Part shown: positions 40,547 to 50,994 of the stretch, piece by piece
Layout: each line of letters starts with the position of its first letter
How positions within the stretch are numbered: the stretch's first letter is position 1
Assembly (NCBI GenBank): GCA_902611605.1
Contig: CACMAH010000005.1
Location: forward strand, 29,156-93,155
Reading direction: 5' to 3'
Source of the DNA: an uncultured Alphaproteobacteria bacterium
Lineage (GTDB): Bacteria; Pseudomonadota; Alphaproteobacteria; Rhodobacterales; Rhodobacteraceae
Length of the DNA stretch: 64,000 bases
Translations under genes and position numbers: made by a program
The notes under the pieces: model-generated
Databases searched by the model: none
Told to the model about the DNA's origin: nothing
The model's input: the letters and a program-made list of their open reading frames with translations, nothing else

Positions 40547-41743
40547 ATGAATATCCATGAATATCAAGCAAAACAATTTTTGAGAGAATATGGAATTCCA
40601 GTTTTAGATGGAAGAATTATTTATAAGGCAGAAGAGGCCAAGACCGCAGCGGGGGAATTGGATGGACCATTATGGGTTATTAAGGCTCAAATACATGCAG
40701 GCGGAAGAGGAAAAGGTAAGTTTATTGAAGAAAGTGCTGGAGTTGAAGGTGGAGTTAGACTTGCAAAATCAGCATCAGAAGCTGCAGAACAGGCGCAAAA
40801 AATGCTTGGTAGAACTTTAGTAACCAAACAAACTGGGCAATCTGGAAAAGAAGTTAGAAGAATATATATCGAAGATGGTTGCCAAATAGCTAAAGAATTT
40901 TATTTAGCTGTATTGATCGATAGGACAACTTCTAGAATAGCTTTTGTAGCTTCTAAAGAAGGTGGCATGGATATTGAAGAAGTTGCCGCCAAAACTCCGG
41001 AAAGAATAATCAAATTTACGGTTGATCCAGCTTCAGGACTATCTAGTTTTCATGGCAGAAGAGTTGCATTTGCATTAGGTTTAAAGGGAAAACAAATCAA
41101 ACAATGTGTACATTTAGTTCAAACTTTATTCAAATTATTTAATGAAAAAGATTGTGAGATGTTAGAAATAAATCCACTAATTCTTACTCAAGACGAAAAA
41201 TTACTCTGTTTAGATTGCAAAATGGGTTTTGATAGTAATGCAATGTATCGACAACCTTCTGTACTTGCATTTCATGATGAAACTGAAGAAGATCCAAAAG
41301 AACTGGCTGCTTCTAAATTTGACCTCAATTATATTGCCCTAGATGGTGAAATTGGCTGTATGGTTAATGGAGCAGGACTAGCAATGGCCACAATGGATAT
41401 AATTAAATTATTCGGTTCTGAACCAGCAAATTTTTTGGATGTAGGCGGAGGTGCTACTAAAGAGAAAGTAACTGAAGCTTTTAAAATTATAACCTCCGAT
41501 AAAAATGTTAAAGGAATTTTAGTGAATATTTTTGGAGGGATAATGAGATGCGATGTTATTGCAGAAGGGGTTGTTGAGGCTGTCAAAAATGTTGGTCTTT
41601 CAGTTCCTTTAGTCGTCAGACTCGAGGGTACAAATGTAGAAAAAGGTAAAGATATAATAAATAAAAGTGGGTTAAATGTAATTGCTGCAGATAATCTTTC
41701 TGATGCTGCAAAAAAAATTGTTTCAGCAGTGAGAGGTAACTAA
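40547..41743 (+). CDS. sucC: succinate--CoA ligase (ADP-forming) beta subunit
   Basis: 398 aa with [10 protein letters not shown], an ATP-grasp N-terminal half and [12 protein letters not shown]. Confidence 0.95.
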   Translation: MNIHEYQAKQFLREYGIPVLDGRIIYKAEEAKTAAGELDGPLWVIKAQIHAGGRGKGKFIEESAGVEGGVRLAKSASEAAEQAQKMLGRTLVTKQTGQSGKEVRRIYIEDGCQIAKEFYLAVLIDRTTSRIAFVASKEGGMDIEEVAAKTPERIIKFTVDPASGLSSFHGRRVAFALGLKGKQIKQCVHLVQTLFKLFNEKDCEMLEINPLILTQDEKLLCLDCKMGFDSNAMYRQPSVLAFHDETEEDPKELAASKFDLNYIALDGEIGCMVNGAGLAMATMDIIKLFGSEPANFLDVGGGATKEKVTEAFKIITSDKNVKGILVNIFGGIMRCDVIAEGVVEAVKNVGLSVPLVVRLEGTNVEKGKDIINKSGLNVIAADNLSDAAKKIVSAVRGN

Positions 41744-41744
41744 A

Positions 41745-42635
41745 ATGTCAATATTTATAGATAAAAATACAAAAGTAATTTGCCAAGGTTTCACTGGTTC
41801 ACAAGGAACTTTTCACTCTCAGCAAGCTATCGATTATGGTACTAATATGGTGGGTGGTGTTACACCTGGTAAAGGTGGAGAAAAACATTTAGGGTTACCT
41901 GTTTTTGATACAGTTTATGATGCAAAATTTAAAACCAAAGCCAATGCCACAGTGATTTATGTACCTCCACCATTTGCCGCAGATGCAATACTTGAAGCTA
42001 TAGACTCTGAAATAGAAACAATTGTGTGTATTACTGAAGGTATACCAGTTATAGATATGGTAAGAGTAAAGAGAGCTTTACATGGTTCAAAATCACGTTT
42101 GATAGGTCCAAACTGTCCAGGTGTAATTACTCCTGAAGAGTGCAAAATAGGGATTATGCCAGGACACATTCACAAAAAAGGAAGTGTAGGGGTAGTTTCA
42201 AGATCTGGAACACTTACTTATGAAGCAGTTGCTCAAACTACAGAAATAGGATTGGGTCAATCCACATGCGTTGGAATAGGAGGTGATCCTGTTAAAGGAA
42301 CAGAGCATATTGATGTTCTTGAATTATTTTTATCTGATAATGAAACTAAAAGCATTGTATTAATTGGAGAAATTGGAGGAACTGCAGAAGAGGAAGCAGC
42401 TCAATTTATTAAAGATGAAAGAAAAAAAGGTAGATCAAAACCTATCGCAGGATTTATTGCAGGAATTACTGCCCCCCCTGGCAGAAGAATGGGTCATGCG
42501 GGTGCAATAGTTGCTGGTGGCAAGGGTGGAGCTTCAGATAAAATTGAAGCCATGCGATCTGCAGGAATTATTGTTACAGAAAGTCCTGGAGAACTTGGAA
42601 CAGCAGTAAGTACTGCAATTAAAAATTTTAAATAA
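41745..42635 (+). CDS. sucD: succinate--CoA ligase alpha subunit
   Basis: 296 aa with [14 protein letters not shown] and the phospho-His loop GHAGAIV. Confidence 0.95.
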   Translation: MSIFIDKNTKVICQGFTGSQGTFHSQQAIDYGTNMVGGVTPGKGGEKHLGLPVFDTVYDAKFKTKANATVIYVPPPFAADAILEAIDSEIETIVCITEGIPVIDMVRVKRALHGSKSRLIGPNCPGVITPEECKIGIMPGHIHKKGSVGVVSRSGTLTYEAVAQTTEIGLGQSTCVGIGGDPVKGTEHIDVLELFLSDNETKSIVLIGEIGGTAEEEAAQFIKDERKKGRSKPIAGFIAGITAPPGRRMGHAGAIVAGGKGGASDKIEAMRSAGIIVTESPGELGTAVSTAIKNFK

Positions 42636-42660
42636 TCGAGACGATAAAAATAGGTAAAAG

Positions 42661-45624
42661 ATGAGTAAAGCTACCAATAATTTGACAGAAATAGTAAATA
42701 GCTTAGATATAAATAGTCTACAAAATTTAGAACAGATGTATGATACGTTTATATCTAACCCCCAAATATTAAATGAAAAATGGATTACCATTTTCAAAAA
42801 TCTTTCTCACGAAATTCCTAGTTCTAAAGATGAAATAAAAATAAAACCTTCATGGTTCAGACGAGATTGGCCTCCTACTAATGTTACTGAAGAAATAGCT
42901 GCATTTGATGGACAGTGGGGCGAGTGCAGTAATCTTGATGAGAATAAAAAAGTTAATAATATAGTTACTAAGCCACAAAAATTTGATATCAAAACGTCAG
43001 TACTAGATAGTATAAGGGCATTAATGTTTATTCGTGCTTATAGGGTAAGAGGACATTTGGCTGCAAATCTAGATCCACTTAGTTCAACTGAAACAAAAAC
43101 ATTAGACCCTGCATTAGATCCTAAAACATATGGATTTAATTCAGAAGATATGAATAGACAGATTTACTTAGATAAAGTTTTAGGTCTTGAAGAAGCATCG
43201 ATGAATCAAATATCACAAATTGTAAAGAAAACTTACTGCGGTACTTTTGCACTTCAATATATGCATATTTCTAATGCTGAAGAATCTGCTTGGTTAAAGG
43301 AAAGAATTGAAGGATTGGGTAAAGAAATAGAATTTACTCAAAAAGGTAGAAAAGCAATTCTTAATAAGCTTATAGAAGCAGAAGGGTTTGAAAAGTTTTT
43401 GCACATTAAATATATGGGAACCAAAAGATTTGGATTAGACGGTGGAGAAGCAGTAATACCGGCAATGGAGCAAATTATTAAAAGAGGCGGTAATCTTGGC
43501 GTAAAAGAAATAATTATTGGGATGCCTCACAGAGGACGTTTATCAATTCTAGCAAATGTAATGGGGAAACCATACAAAGCAATTTTTAATGAATTTCAAG
43601 GTGGTAGTTACAAACCAGAGGAAGTTGAAGGATCTGGTGATGTAAAATATCACCTTGGAGCATCATCTGACAGAGAATTTGATGGAAACAAAATTCACTT
43701 GTCTTTAACAGCTAATCCAAGTCACTTAGAAGCTGTAAACCCTGTAGTTTTAGGAAAAGTAAGAGCAAAACAAAATCAGCTTAACGATAGCAATAGGGTA
43801 CAAGTTTTACCTGTTTTATTACATGGTGATGCTGCATTTGCTGGACAAGGTATCATTTCAGAATGCTTTGGACTATCAGGATTAAAAGGACATAAAACTG
43901 GTGGTACTATACACATAATTGTTAATAATCAAATTGGGTTTACAACTGCACCACATAATTCAAGATCTTCTCCATATCCAACTGACATAGCATTAATGGT
44001 AGAGGCTCCAATTTTTCATGTAAATGGTGATGATCCAGAAGCTGTAGTTCATGCAGCAAAAGTAGCGACGGAATTTCGACAAAAATTTCATAAAGATGTT
44101 GTTATCGACGTATTTTGCTACAGAAGATTTGGACATAATGAAGGTGATGAACCGATGTTCACGCAACCAAAGATGTATGCAAAAATAAAAAAGCATAAAA
44201 CTACTTTACAGCAGTACTCAGAGAAACTTATTATGGAAGGCTTAGTACCAGAAGGTGAAATAGAAGACTTAAAAATAAATTTTCAAAATTTTCTTTCTGA
44301 AGAATTTGAAAATTCAAAAAGTTATAAACCTAATAAAGCTGATTGGTTAGATGGCAAATGGTCTGGACTAGGACAATATACAAAAGAGGCTGTAATAAAA
44401 GATGGCCAATATCAAAGGGGCAAAACTTCTATTTCAATTCAAAAATTTAATGAAATTGGGAAAGCGTTAACTAAAATTCCAAATGAAATTAATGCTCACA
44501 AAACAGTGAAAAGAATGCTTGATAATAAGCAAAAGCAACTAACCTCAGGTAAAAATATTGACTGGGCTACAGCTGAAGCTCTAGCTTTCGGATCACTATT
44601 GGTGGAAGGTTATCCTGTTCGATTATCTGGTCAAGACTGCACAAGGGGTACTTTTAGCCATAGACATAGTGCTGTTATTGATCAATTAACAGAAGAGCGA
44701 TACTATCCTTTAAATAACATTTCAAAAAATCAAAAACACTATGAAGTTATAGACTCTATGCTATCTGAATATGCTGTTTTAGGCTATGAGTATGGTTATT
44801 CCCTAGCAGAACCAAATTCATTAACAATTTGGGAAGCCCAATTTGGTGATTTTTCCAATGGAGCACAAATAATGATAGATCAATTCATATCATCTGGTGA
44901 AAAAAAATGGTTGAGAATGTCAGGATTAGTAATGCTTCTCCCTCATGGTTATGAGGGGCAGGGTCCTGAACACTCATCAGCACGGTTAGAGAGATTTTTA
45001 CAAGCATGTGCTGAAGATAACTGGATAATAGCTAATTGCACAACACCATCAAATTATTTCCATATTTTAAGAAGGCAATTGTATAGGAGCTTTAGAAAGC
45101 CCTTAGTTATAATGAGTCCAAAATCTTTGCTTAGAAATAAACGCGCTGTATCTAGTAAAAAGGATTTTGTAAACGGATCTACTTTTCATAGGGTTCTTTG
45201 GGATGACGCTGAAAAAGGGAATTCAATAACAAAGTTACAGAAAGACTCAAAAATTAAAAGAGTTATTATTTGCTCGGGTAAAATCTATTTTGATCTCTTA
45301 AATGAAAGAGAACAAAGGGAAATTTCAGATATATACTTGTTAAGACTTGAACAATTCTATCCGTTCCCAGCATTATCATTTATCAAAGAATTAAGTAGAT
45401 TTAAAGATGCAGAATTTGTGTGGTGCCAAGAAGAACCCAAAAATCAGGGGGGCTGGTCTTTTGTTGAACCTAATTTGGAATGGTCCTTAAATAGAGTTAA
45501 GGCCAAATATAAAAGAGCGAGATTTATTGGAAGAGCTGCAGCTGCTTCACCTGCAACTGGTTTAGCTTCTCAGCATAAAAAACAACAAGAAATGATAATT
45601 AATGAAGCTCTTACTATTGATTGA
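42661..45624 (+). CDS. sucA: 2-oxoglutarate dehydrogenase E1 component
   Basis: 987 aa with the blocks RAYRVRGHLAANLDPL, GMPHRGRLSILANV, HGDAAFAGQG and LPHGYEGQGPEHSSARLERFLQ. Confidence 0.95.
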   Translation: MSKATNNLTEIVNSLDINSLQNLEQMYDTFISNPQILNEKWITIFKNLSHEIPSSKDEIKIKPSWFRRDWPPTNVTEEIAAFDGQWGECSNLDENKKVNNIVTKPQKFDIKTSVLDSIRALMFIRAYRVRGHLAANLDPLSSTETKTLDPALDPKTYGFNSEDMNRQIYLDKVLGLEEASMNQISQIVKKTYCGTFALQYMHISNAEESAWLKERIEGLGKEIEFTQKGRKAILNKLIEAEGFEKFLHIKYMGTKRFGLDGGEAVIPAMEQIIKRGGNLGVKEIIIGMPHRGRLSILANVMGKPYKAIFNEFQGGSYKPEEVEGSGDVKYHLGASSDREFDGNKIHLSLTANPSHLEAVNPVVLGKVRAKQNQLNDSNRVQVLPVLLHGDAAFAGQGIISECFGLSGLKGHKTGGTIHIIVNNQIGFTTAPHNSRSSPYPTDIALMVEAPIFHVNGDDPEAVVHAAKVATEFRQKFHKDVVIDVFCYRRFGHNEGDEPMFTQPKMYAKIKKHKTTLQQYSEKLIMEGLVPEGEIEDLKINFQNFLSEEFENSKSYKPNKADWLDGKWSGLGQYTKEAVIKDGQYQRGKTSISIQKFNEIGKALTKIPNEINAHKTVKRMLDNKQKQLTSGKNIDWATAEALAFGSLLVEGYPVRLSGQDCTRGTFSHRHSAVIDQLTEERYYPLNNISKNQKHYEVIDSMLSEYAVLGYEYGYSLAEPNSLTIWEAQFGDFSNGAQIMIDQFISSGEKKWLRMSGLVMLLPHGYEGQGPEHSSARLERFLQACAEDNWIIANCTTPSNYFHILRRQLYRSFRKPLVIMSPKSLLRNKRAVSSKKDFVNGSTFHRVLWDDAEKGNSITKLQKDSKIKRVIICSGKIYFDLLNEREQREISDIYLLRLEQFYPFPALSFIKELSRFKDAEFVWCQEEPKNQGGWSFVEPNLEWSLNRVKAKYKRARFIGRAAAASPATGLASQHKKQQEMIINEALTID

Positions 45625-45632
45625 GGTAAAAA

Positions 45633-46847
45633 ATGACTGAAATACGTGTACCTACCCTAGGAGAAAGTGTAACTGAAGCAACTGTTGCAACATGGTTTAA
45701 AAAGCCCGGTGATTCAGTAGCTATCGATGAAATGTTATGCGAATTAGAAACTGATAAAGTAACAGTTGAAGTACCTTCAACTGTTTCGGGAATACTTTCA
45801 GAAATAGTTGCCCATGAAGGTGAAACTGTTGGACTTGATGCAATACTAGGAATAATTTCGGAAGGTGATACTCAACCAACTGAAAATAATAATAATGATC
45901 AAAAAATATCTTCTATATCCAATGACAAAATAAAAACAAGTAATGATACTAAAGATTTTGAGAATGCTCCTTCCGCAAAAAAACTTATGAATGAAAATAA
46001 AATCAATGAGAAGAATGTTGTGGGTACAGGAAGAGATGGAAGAGTTATGAAAGAAGACGTACTAGCTGTTTTAAACTCTGAAAGTAGTACAAATAGTTCA
46101 GAAAACCAATTAACTGATCAAATACAAGAAGATGAGGTTGATACGTCTAAGCACCAAGAACGAATTAAAATGTCTAGATTACGTATGACAATAGCTAAAC
46201 GTTTGAAAGAAGCTCAAAATACCGCAGCAATGCTAACGACCTATAATGAAGTTGATATGTCAAGTGTAATGAAAATTAGAAGTAAATTTAAAGAAGTTTT
46301 TGAAAAAAAACATAATGTAAAGTTAGGTTTTATGTCTTTCTTTGTTAAAGCATGTTGCCATGCACTAAACGAAGTTCCAGAAGTTAATGCTCAAATAGAT
46401 GAGGATCACTTAGTTTTTAATCGATTTGTAAATATGGGCGTTGCAGTTGGAACACCTACTGGTCTAGTAGTCCCAGTTATAAAGAATGCTGATAAAATGA
46501 GTTTTGCAGAGGTAGAGAAATCAATTAGTAATTTAGGAAAAAAAGCAAGAGATGGAAAACTTTCAATGGATGACATGAAAGGTGGGACTTTTACTATATC
46601 TAACGGAGGTGTCTATGGATCCCTAATGTCTTCCCCAATTTTAAACTATCCACAATCTGGAATTCTTGGAATGCATAAAATTCAAGAAAGACCAATTGCA
46701 ATAGATGGTAATGTTGTTATTAAACCTATGATGTATTTAGCACTTAGTTATGATCATAGAATAGTTGATGGGAAGGGAGCGGTTACTTTTTTAGTAAGGG
46801 TTAAAGAAATGCTCGAAGACCCACATCGTTTACTTATGGATGTTTAG
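45633..46847 (+). CDS. sucB: dihydrolipoyllysine-residue succinyltransferase (E2o)
   Basis: 404 aa with lipoyl-Lys motif ELETDKV, a low-complexity linker, and the catalytic [10 protein letters not shown]. Confidence 0.93.
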   Translation: MTEIRVPTLGESVTEATVATWFKKPGDSVAIDEMLCELETDKVTVEVPSTVSGILSEIVAHEGETVGLDAILGIISEGDTQPTENNNNDQKISSISNDKIKTSNDTKDFENAPSAKKLMNENKINEKNVVGTGRDGRVMKEDVLAVLNSESSTNSSENQLTDQIQEDEVDTSKHQERIKMSRLRMTIAKRLKEAQNTAAMLTTYNEVDMSSVMKIRSKFKEVFEKKHNVKLGFMSFFVKACCHALNEVPEVNAQIDEDHLVFNRFVNMGVAVGTPTGLVVPVIKNADKMSFAEVEKSISNLGKKARDGKLSMDDMKGGTFTISNGGVYGSLMSSPILNYPQSGILGMHKIQERPIAIDGNVVIKPMMYLALSYDHRIVDGKGAVTFLVRVKEMLEDPHRLLMDV

Positions 46848-46861
46848 GAGAGGATAAAAAA

Positions 46862-48250
46862 ATGTCAGATTATGATGTTATAGTTGTCGGGTCGGGCCCA
46901 GGCGGATATGTATGTGCTATTAGGTGTGCTCAACTTGGTTTAAAAACAGCATGCATTGAGGGAAAAGATACTCTGGGTGGGACGTGTTTAAATATAGGAT
47001 GCATTCCATCTAAAGCATTATTACATGCGTCAGAGCTTTTTGAAGAAAGTAATCATAACTTTTCCAAACTTGGTATAGAAACAGGAAAAATGAATGTTAA
47101 CTGGAGTAAAATGCTTGAATATAAAAATGATATTGTAAATCAGAATACAAAAGGAATAGAGTTTCTTTTTAAAAAAAATAAGATAGATTTAATCAACGGA
47201 TGGGCATCCATAAAAGAACCTGGTTTATTAATAGTAAATAATCAAAAATTTAAGTCGAAATCTATAATAATTGCAACAGGATCTGAACCTTCTCAATTAA
47301 AAGGAATAAAAGTTGATGAGAAAACTATCGTCTCTTCAACAGGAGCTTTGTCTCTAACAAAGATACCAAAAAAATTAATAATAGTTGGAGCTGGTGTTAT
47401 AGGATTAGAACTTGGTTCAGTATATTCAAGATTAGGTACAGATGTGACAGTTTTAGAGTACTTAGAAGAAATTACCCCTGGTCTCGATAAAGAAACAGCA
47501 AAAATGTTTAGAAGAATTTTAAGTAAGCAAGGAATAAAATTTATCTTAGGAGCAGGTGTTCAAGCTACAAAAAAGTTAGGAGATCGTCTCATTGTCGAAT
47601 ATTCATTAAGAAATGATAAAAAAAGAGAGGAACTTGATACTGATATCATTTTGGTTGCAACAGGAAGAAAACCTTTTACTGATGGACTTAATCTTAAAAA
47701 AGTAGGAATTGAATTAAATCAATTTGGTCAAATTTTGACTGATGAAAATTTAAAGACAAATATCGATGGAATATACGCAATAGGTGATGTAACAAGTGGA
47801 CCAATGCTTGCTCATAAAGCAGAAGATGAAGGAATAGCGCTTGCAGAAATGCTTGCTGGTCAATCGGGTCATGTAAATTATGATATTATTCCTTCAGTTA
47901 TATATACATCTCCTGAGGTAGCAAGCGTAGGTAAAACAGAGGAACAACTAAAAAAAGAAAATAAGAGTTATAACGTTGGAAAATTTTCATTTATGGGAAA
48001 TGGACGTGCAAAAGCTTGTCTTTCAGCAGACGGTTATGCAAAAATTTTATCGGACAAAACTACAGATAGAATTTTAGGAGGTCATATAATAGGTCCATCT
48101 GCTGGGGATTTAATACATGAGATTTGTGTGGCGATGGAATTTGGGGCAAGTGCTGAAGACTTGGCTAGAACTTGTCATGCTCATCCTACTTTTTCCGAAG
48201 CAGTAAGAGAAGCAGCTTTGGCTTGTGGCGACGGAGCTATACATTCATAA
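46862..48250 (+). CDS. lpdA: dihydrolipoyl dehydrogenase (E3)
   Basis: 462 aa with GSGPGGY, redox-active disulfide [13 protein letters not shown] and C-terminal HAHPTFSE. Confidence 0.93.
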   Translation: MSDYDVIVVGSGPGGYVCAIRCAQLGLKTACIEGKDTLGGTCLNIGCIPSKALLHASELFEESNHNFSKLGIETGKMNVNWSKMLEYKNDIVNQNTKGIEFLFKKNKIDLINGWASIKEPGLLIVNNQKFKSKSIIIATGSEPSQLKGIKVDEKTIVSSTGALSLTKIPKKLIIVGAGVIGLELGSVYSRLGTDVTVLEYLEEITPGLDKETAKMFRRILSKQGIKFILGAGVQATKKLGDRLIVEYSLRNDKKREELDTDIILVATGRKPFTDGLNLKKVGIELNQFGQILTDENLKTNIDGIYAIGDVTSGPMLAHKAEDEGIALAEMLAGQSGHVNYDIIPSVIYTSPEVASVGKTEEQLKKENKSYNVGKFSFMGNGRAKACLSADGYAKILSDKTTDRILGGHIIGPSAGDLIHEICVAMEFGASAEDLARTCHAHPTFSEAVREAALACGDGAIHS

Positions 48251-48256
48251 TTTTAT

Positions 48257-48910
48257 TTAAACCTCTAGTAGCATTCTTAAACCATTAGTAACATCGGCCC
48301 TAACAGCTAGCTTTAAGCCTGGTTCATCACCTGCTCTTAGTGTTGATAATATTTTTCTATGATGATTAGGTGCCTGGCTCTTAGATGTATCATCATAAAG
48401 AGCCCTCATAGTTGGAATATATTGCAACCATATTGTTTCAACTAATGCTAAAGTGCTTGGTGCTTGTGCTCTTAAATATAATGTACGATGAAATTCAAGG
48501 TTGCTTTTAACATATCCGACAGCGTCCTTTTTAACTATCATTTCTTCTATTTTACTATTTATCAAAACTAATCTATCGATAAGAGCATCATGAACCCTTG
48601 GTAGCGACTTTGAAGCTAACTCAGGTTCTAAAATTGCTCTCAAACTGGCAAGTTCTTCAATTCTTTCATTTGTTAGAATAGGAGTAGAAATTCGACCTGA
48701 TGAAGAAATTTGTAGCGCTCCTTCTGCTACTAATCTTCTAATTGCTTCGCGAACAGGCATTACCGAGACCCTAAATTTTTTAGCTAAAGATCTTAAAGTT
48801 AAAACTTGTCCAGGATTTAAACTACCACCAAGAATTTCCGATCTTAGACTTCTGTATATTACTTCATGCGTAGGTAATGTTACATCACTAGTATTAATTT
48901 CTCTATTCAT
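48257..48910 (-). CDS. GntR-family transcriptional regulator (FadR/FCD subfamily)
   Basis: 217 aa with N-terminal winged HTH (LRSLAKKFRVSVMPVREAIRRLVAEGAL) and a helical FCD-type C-terminal domain (FHRTLY...). It is convergent with lpdA across a 6-nt spacer. Confidence 0.85.
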   Translation of the reverse strand: MNREINTSDVTLPTHEVIYRSLRSEILGGSLNPGQVLTLRSLAKKFRVSVMPVREAIRRLVAEGALQISSSGRISTPILTNERIEELASLRAILEPELASKSLPRVHDALIDRLVLINSKIEEMIVKKDAVGYVKSNLEFHRTLYLRAQAPSTLALVETIWLQYIPTMRALYDDTSKSQAPNHHRKILSTLRAGDEPGLKLAVRADVTNGLRMLLEV

Positions 48911-48916
48911 GTCTAT

Positions 48917-48928
48917 TTGTGATCACAA
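48917..48928. promoter_or_regulatory. candidate autoregulatory operator TTGTGATCACAA (14-bp palindrome TTTGTGATCACAAA at 48916-48929)
   Basis: Perfect palindrome 6 nt upstream of the GntR start codon (ATG complement at 48908-48910). It fits the generic GntR/FadR-type GT-Nx-AC operator logic. Confidence 0.5.
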
Positions 48929-48959
48929 AAATTTTTAAATGTCAAATGAACATATTATT

Positions 48960-49646
48960 TTAGAATATATATTTTCTTATTTCGTGACCATTTTTGTTTA
49001 GCCACTCTCTGTCACTCATGTAACTAGGGTGTAATTCACCTACAAGTTTCCAAAAAAGATATCCATGATTCATATGGACTAAATGTGATAATTCATGAAT
49101 TATCACATATTTATAAACAGATGGAGGAGCCATTATAAGACGCCAATTGAGCATTATTGATCCCTTAGAAGAACAAGACCCCCATCTCGATTTAGTATCC
49201 TTAAAACTTATTTTTTGAATTTTTTTTTTGAATAAATTTGATTTTTCAATAATAAATGGGGTCATTATTGACTTACAATATACAATAAGAAATTTTTGTA
49301 CTGCATGGCCTACATTTATAATATTTTTAGGCAAACAAATTTTATTCGATTCAAGAAATCTTATTGTTGAAACATGATTATTAGAAACTATCTCATAATA
49401 ATTTCCCTCAACAGGTAGCATTAAGCCTTTATCTACAATTTTTGGTACTGCACATTTACTAAGTTGCTTAGAGATCCAGCTACGATTTTTATTAAAAAAA
49501 TTAAAAATATCTAAATTAGATAAATACAATGATGCATTAATGGAAATTTTACCAGTAACTCTACAAACCTTTAAAGAAAGTCTACGAATCTTATTTTTTC
49601 TATTTATGTGTATATATCTATCAAACTCCGGACTGTAAAAAGTCAT
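48960..49646 (-). CDS. YgjP-like metal-dependent hydrolase (DUF45 / M48-related)
   Basis: 228 aa with the zinc motif HELSHLVHMNH near the C-terminus and the block SRWGSCS upstream of it. Confidence 0.7.
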   Translation of the reverse strand: MTFYSPEFDRYIHINRKNKIRRLSLKVCRVTGKISINASLYLSNLDIFNFFNKNRSWISKQLSKCAVPKIVDKGLMLPVEGNYYEIVSNNHVSTIRFLESNKICLPKNIINVGHAVQKFLIVYCKSIMTPFIIEKSNLFKKKIQKISFKDTKSRWGSCSSKGSIMLNWRLIMAPPSVYKYVIIHELSHLVHMNHGYLFWKLVGELHPSYMSDREWLNKNGHEIRKYIF

Positions 49647-49809
49647 TATTTAACCATGTTTAAAAATTTATATAACGAGTTAGTAATCATAGCAAAACTC
49701 TACTTAGAAAAACAAATTAAATGTTTTTTTTTAGAAAATTTCATTTAAGTTTTTGACAACTTAACATAGTTATGGCAGATCATTGCAAACAACAATCAAA
49801 GGAAATTAA

Positions 49810-50166
49810 ATGGCAAAAGAATCCTGGGGAAAAAAACGTACTTGTCCAAAATGTGATACTCGTTTTTATGATTTAAACAAAGATCCCTTACTATGCCCTA
49901 ATTGCGGACATACTTTCAGCCTAGATTCTATAATGGAAGTATTCAAAAAATCTACAAAAGATACATCATCCAAAAAATCAACTGATGAAAAAAATTCTTC
50001 TGAAATTGAAGGGATTGAACCTGAAGATATCATTTTAGATGATGAATTAGAAGAAGAGGCTAACTCTAGTGTAGATTTGGAAGATAACTTACTAGAAGAA
50101 GAAGAAGAAGATTCAACCCCAATTGGTGTTATTCCTGATGTAACTAAAGAAGAAGATGAAATTTGA
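49810..50166 (+). CDS. TIGR02300-family (FYDLN_acid) zinc-ribbon protein with acidic tail
   Basis: 118 aa. CPKCDTRFYDLNKDPLLCPNCG contains the eponymous FYDLN motif, and the C-terminal half is D/E-rich. Confidence 0.8.
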   Translation: MAKESWGKKRTCPKCDTRFYDLNKDPLLCPNCGHTFSLDSIMEVFKKSTKDTSSKKSTDEKNSSEIEGIEPEDIILDDELEEEANSSVDLEDNLLEEEEEDSTPIGVIPDVTKEEDEI

Positions 50167-50234
50167 ACCAAATTCTATAAAATGATTTTTATCTTTTTAT
50201 TTAATTTTTTTTGATTAATATTGTTCCAAAGTTT

Positions 50235-50310
<76 letters not shown>

Positions 50311-50363
50311 TTTTTATCATTTCTCCTTATATGTTTGAAAATAAGGTATTTTCAGTATAATAA

Positions 50364-50734
50364 CTTTCCAAAAGGGTACACACTTGGGGAGTAAGTCTTT
50401 TGAAACCAATACAAATTTATATTGAACAATACCCATCTAAAGGTAACAGGTTCTATATGGTTGCACCAATACCTAAAGAATTAGAAAGTTTTTTAGTGGA
50501 AGATTTCTTAAAAGAAGTTGTGGTTCATTAAAAGAAGTATCAACTTATGCTGAAGCAGTAGCAGTTTCTCAAGGTGAAAAAGGTAAAGCATTATTAGATG
50601 AGATAATGTCTAAGTACTATGAAATAGATCCATTAGTATTTAGTGCAGAAAAACTATTAGAATCCTTATTTGCTACTCACGATGATCAAGGAAGAATACT
50701 TCCTGAATCTAAATGGCATATGGTGGAATATTAA
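50364..50734 (+). pseudogene. frameshifted ORF remnant of unknown family
   Basis: Two overlapping open frames: 50364-50531 (...KPIQIYIEQYPSKGNRFYMVAPIPKELESFLVEDFLKEVVVH*) and 50477-50734 (...GSLKEVSTYAEAVAVSQGEKGKALLDEIMSKYYEIDPLVFSAEKLLESLFATHDDQGRILPESKWHMVEY*). They read as one protein-like sequence if a 1-nt shift near 50515-50525 is allowed. Neither has a convincing start. Confidence 0.3.
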
Positions 50735-50994
50735 AGTGTTTAAATTCTTTAAAACAAAAGTAGTGATGTCATGGGACTTACTTTCACAATTTTATAATCA
50801 ATATGTCACTTTTTTATAAATATCTAATCTTTAGTAGCATTTTTATATAATCACTTATTTAAAGGAATTAACATTTGAGTAGCTTTATATTTTTTTATAA
50901 GTGTTAATTTAAATAAATATAATAGAACATTTTTGTTTTTATTTTTTTAATTACTGCTATGATTTTATAGTAATAATTCTAATTTTTATTCACT

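Noticed and set aside
40608-40820. 70-aa alternative-frame ORF within sucC, and the antisense ORFs at 39383-39571 and 42534-42797 spanning gene starts.
   Set aside because: They overlap highly conserved genes and have no independent support. They were not considered as overlapping genes.
49866-50171. 101-aa minus-strand ORF rich in Ser, opposite the TIGR02300 gene.
   Set aside because: It is the complement of the GAA/GAT-rich acidic tail, where antisense TTC/ATC codons give S/L-rich junk. The plus-strand gene has the diagnostic FYDLN zinc-ribbon motif.
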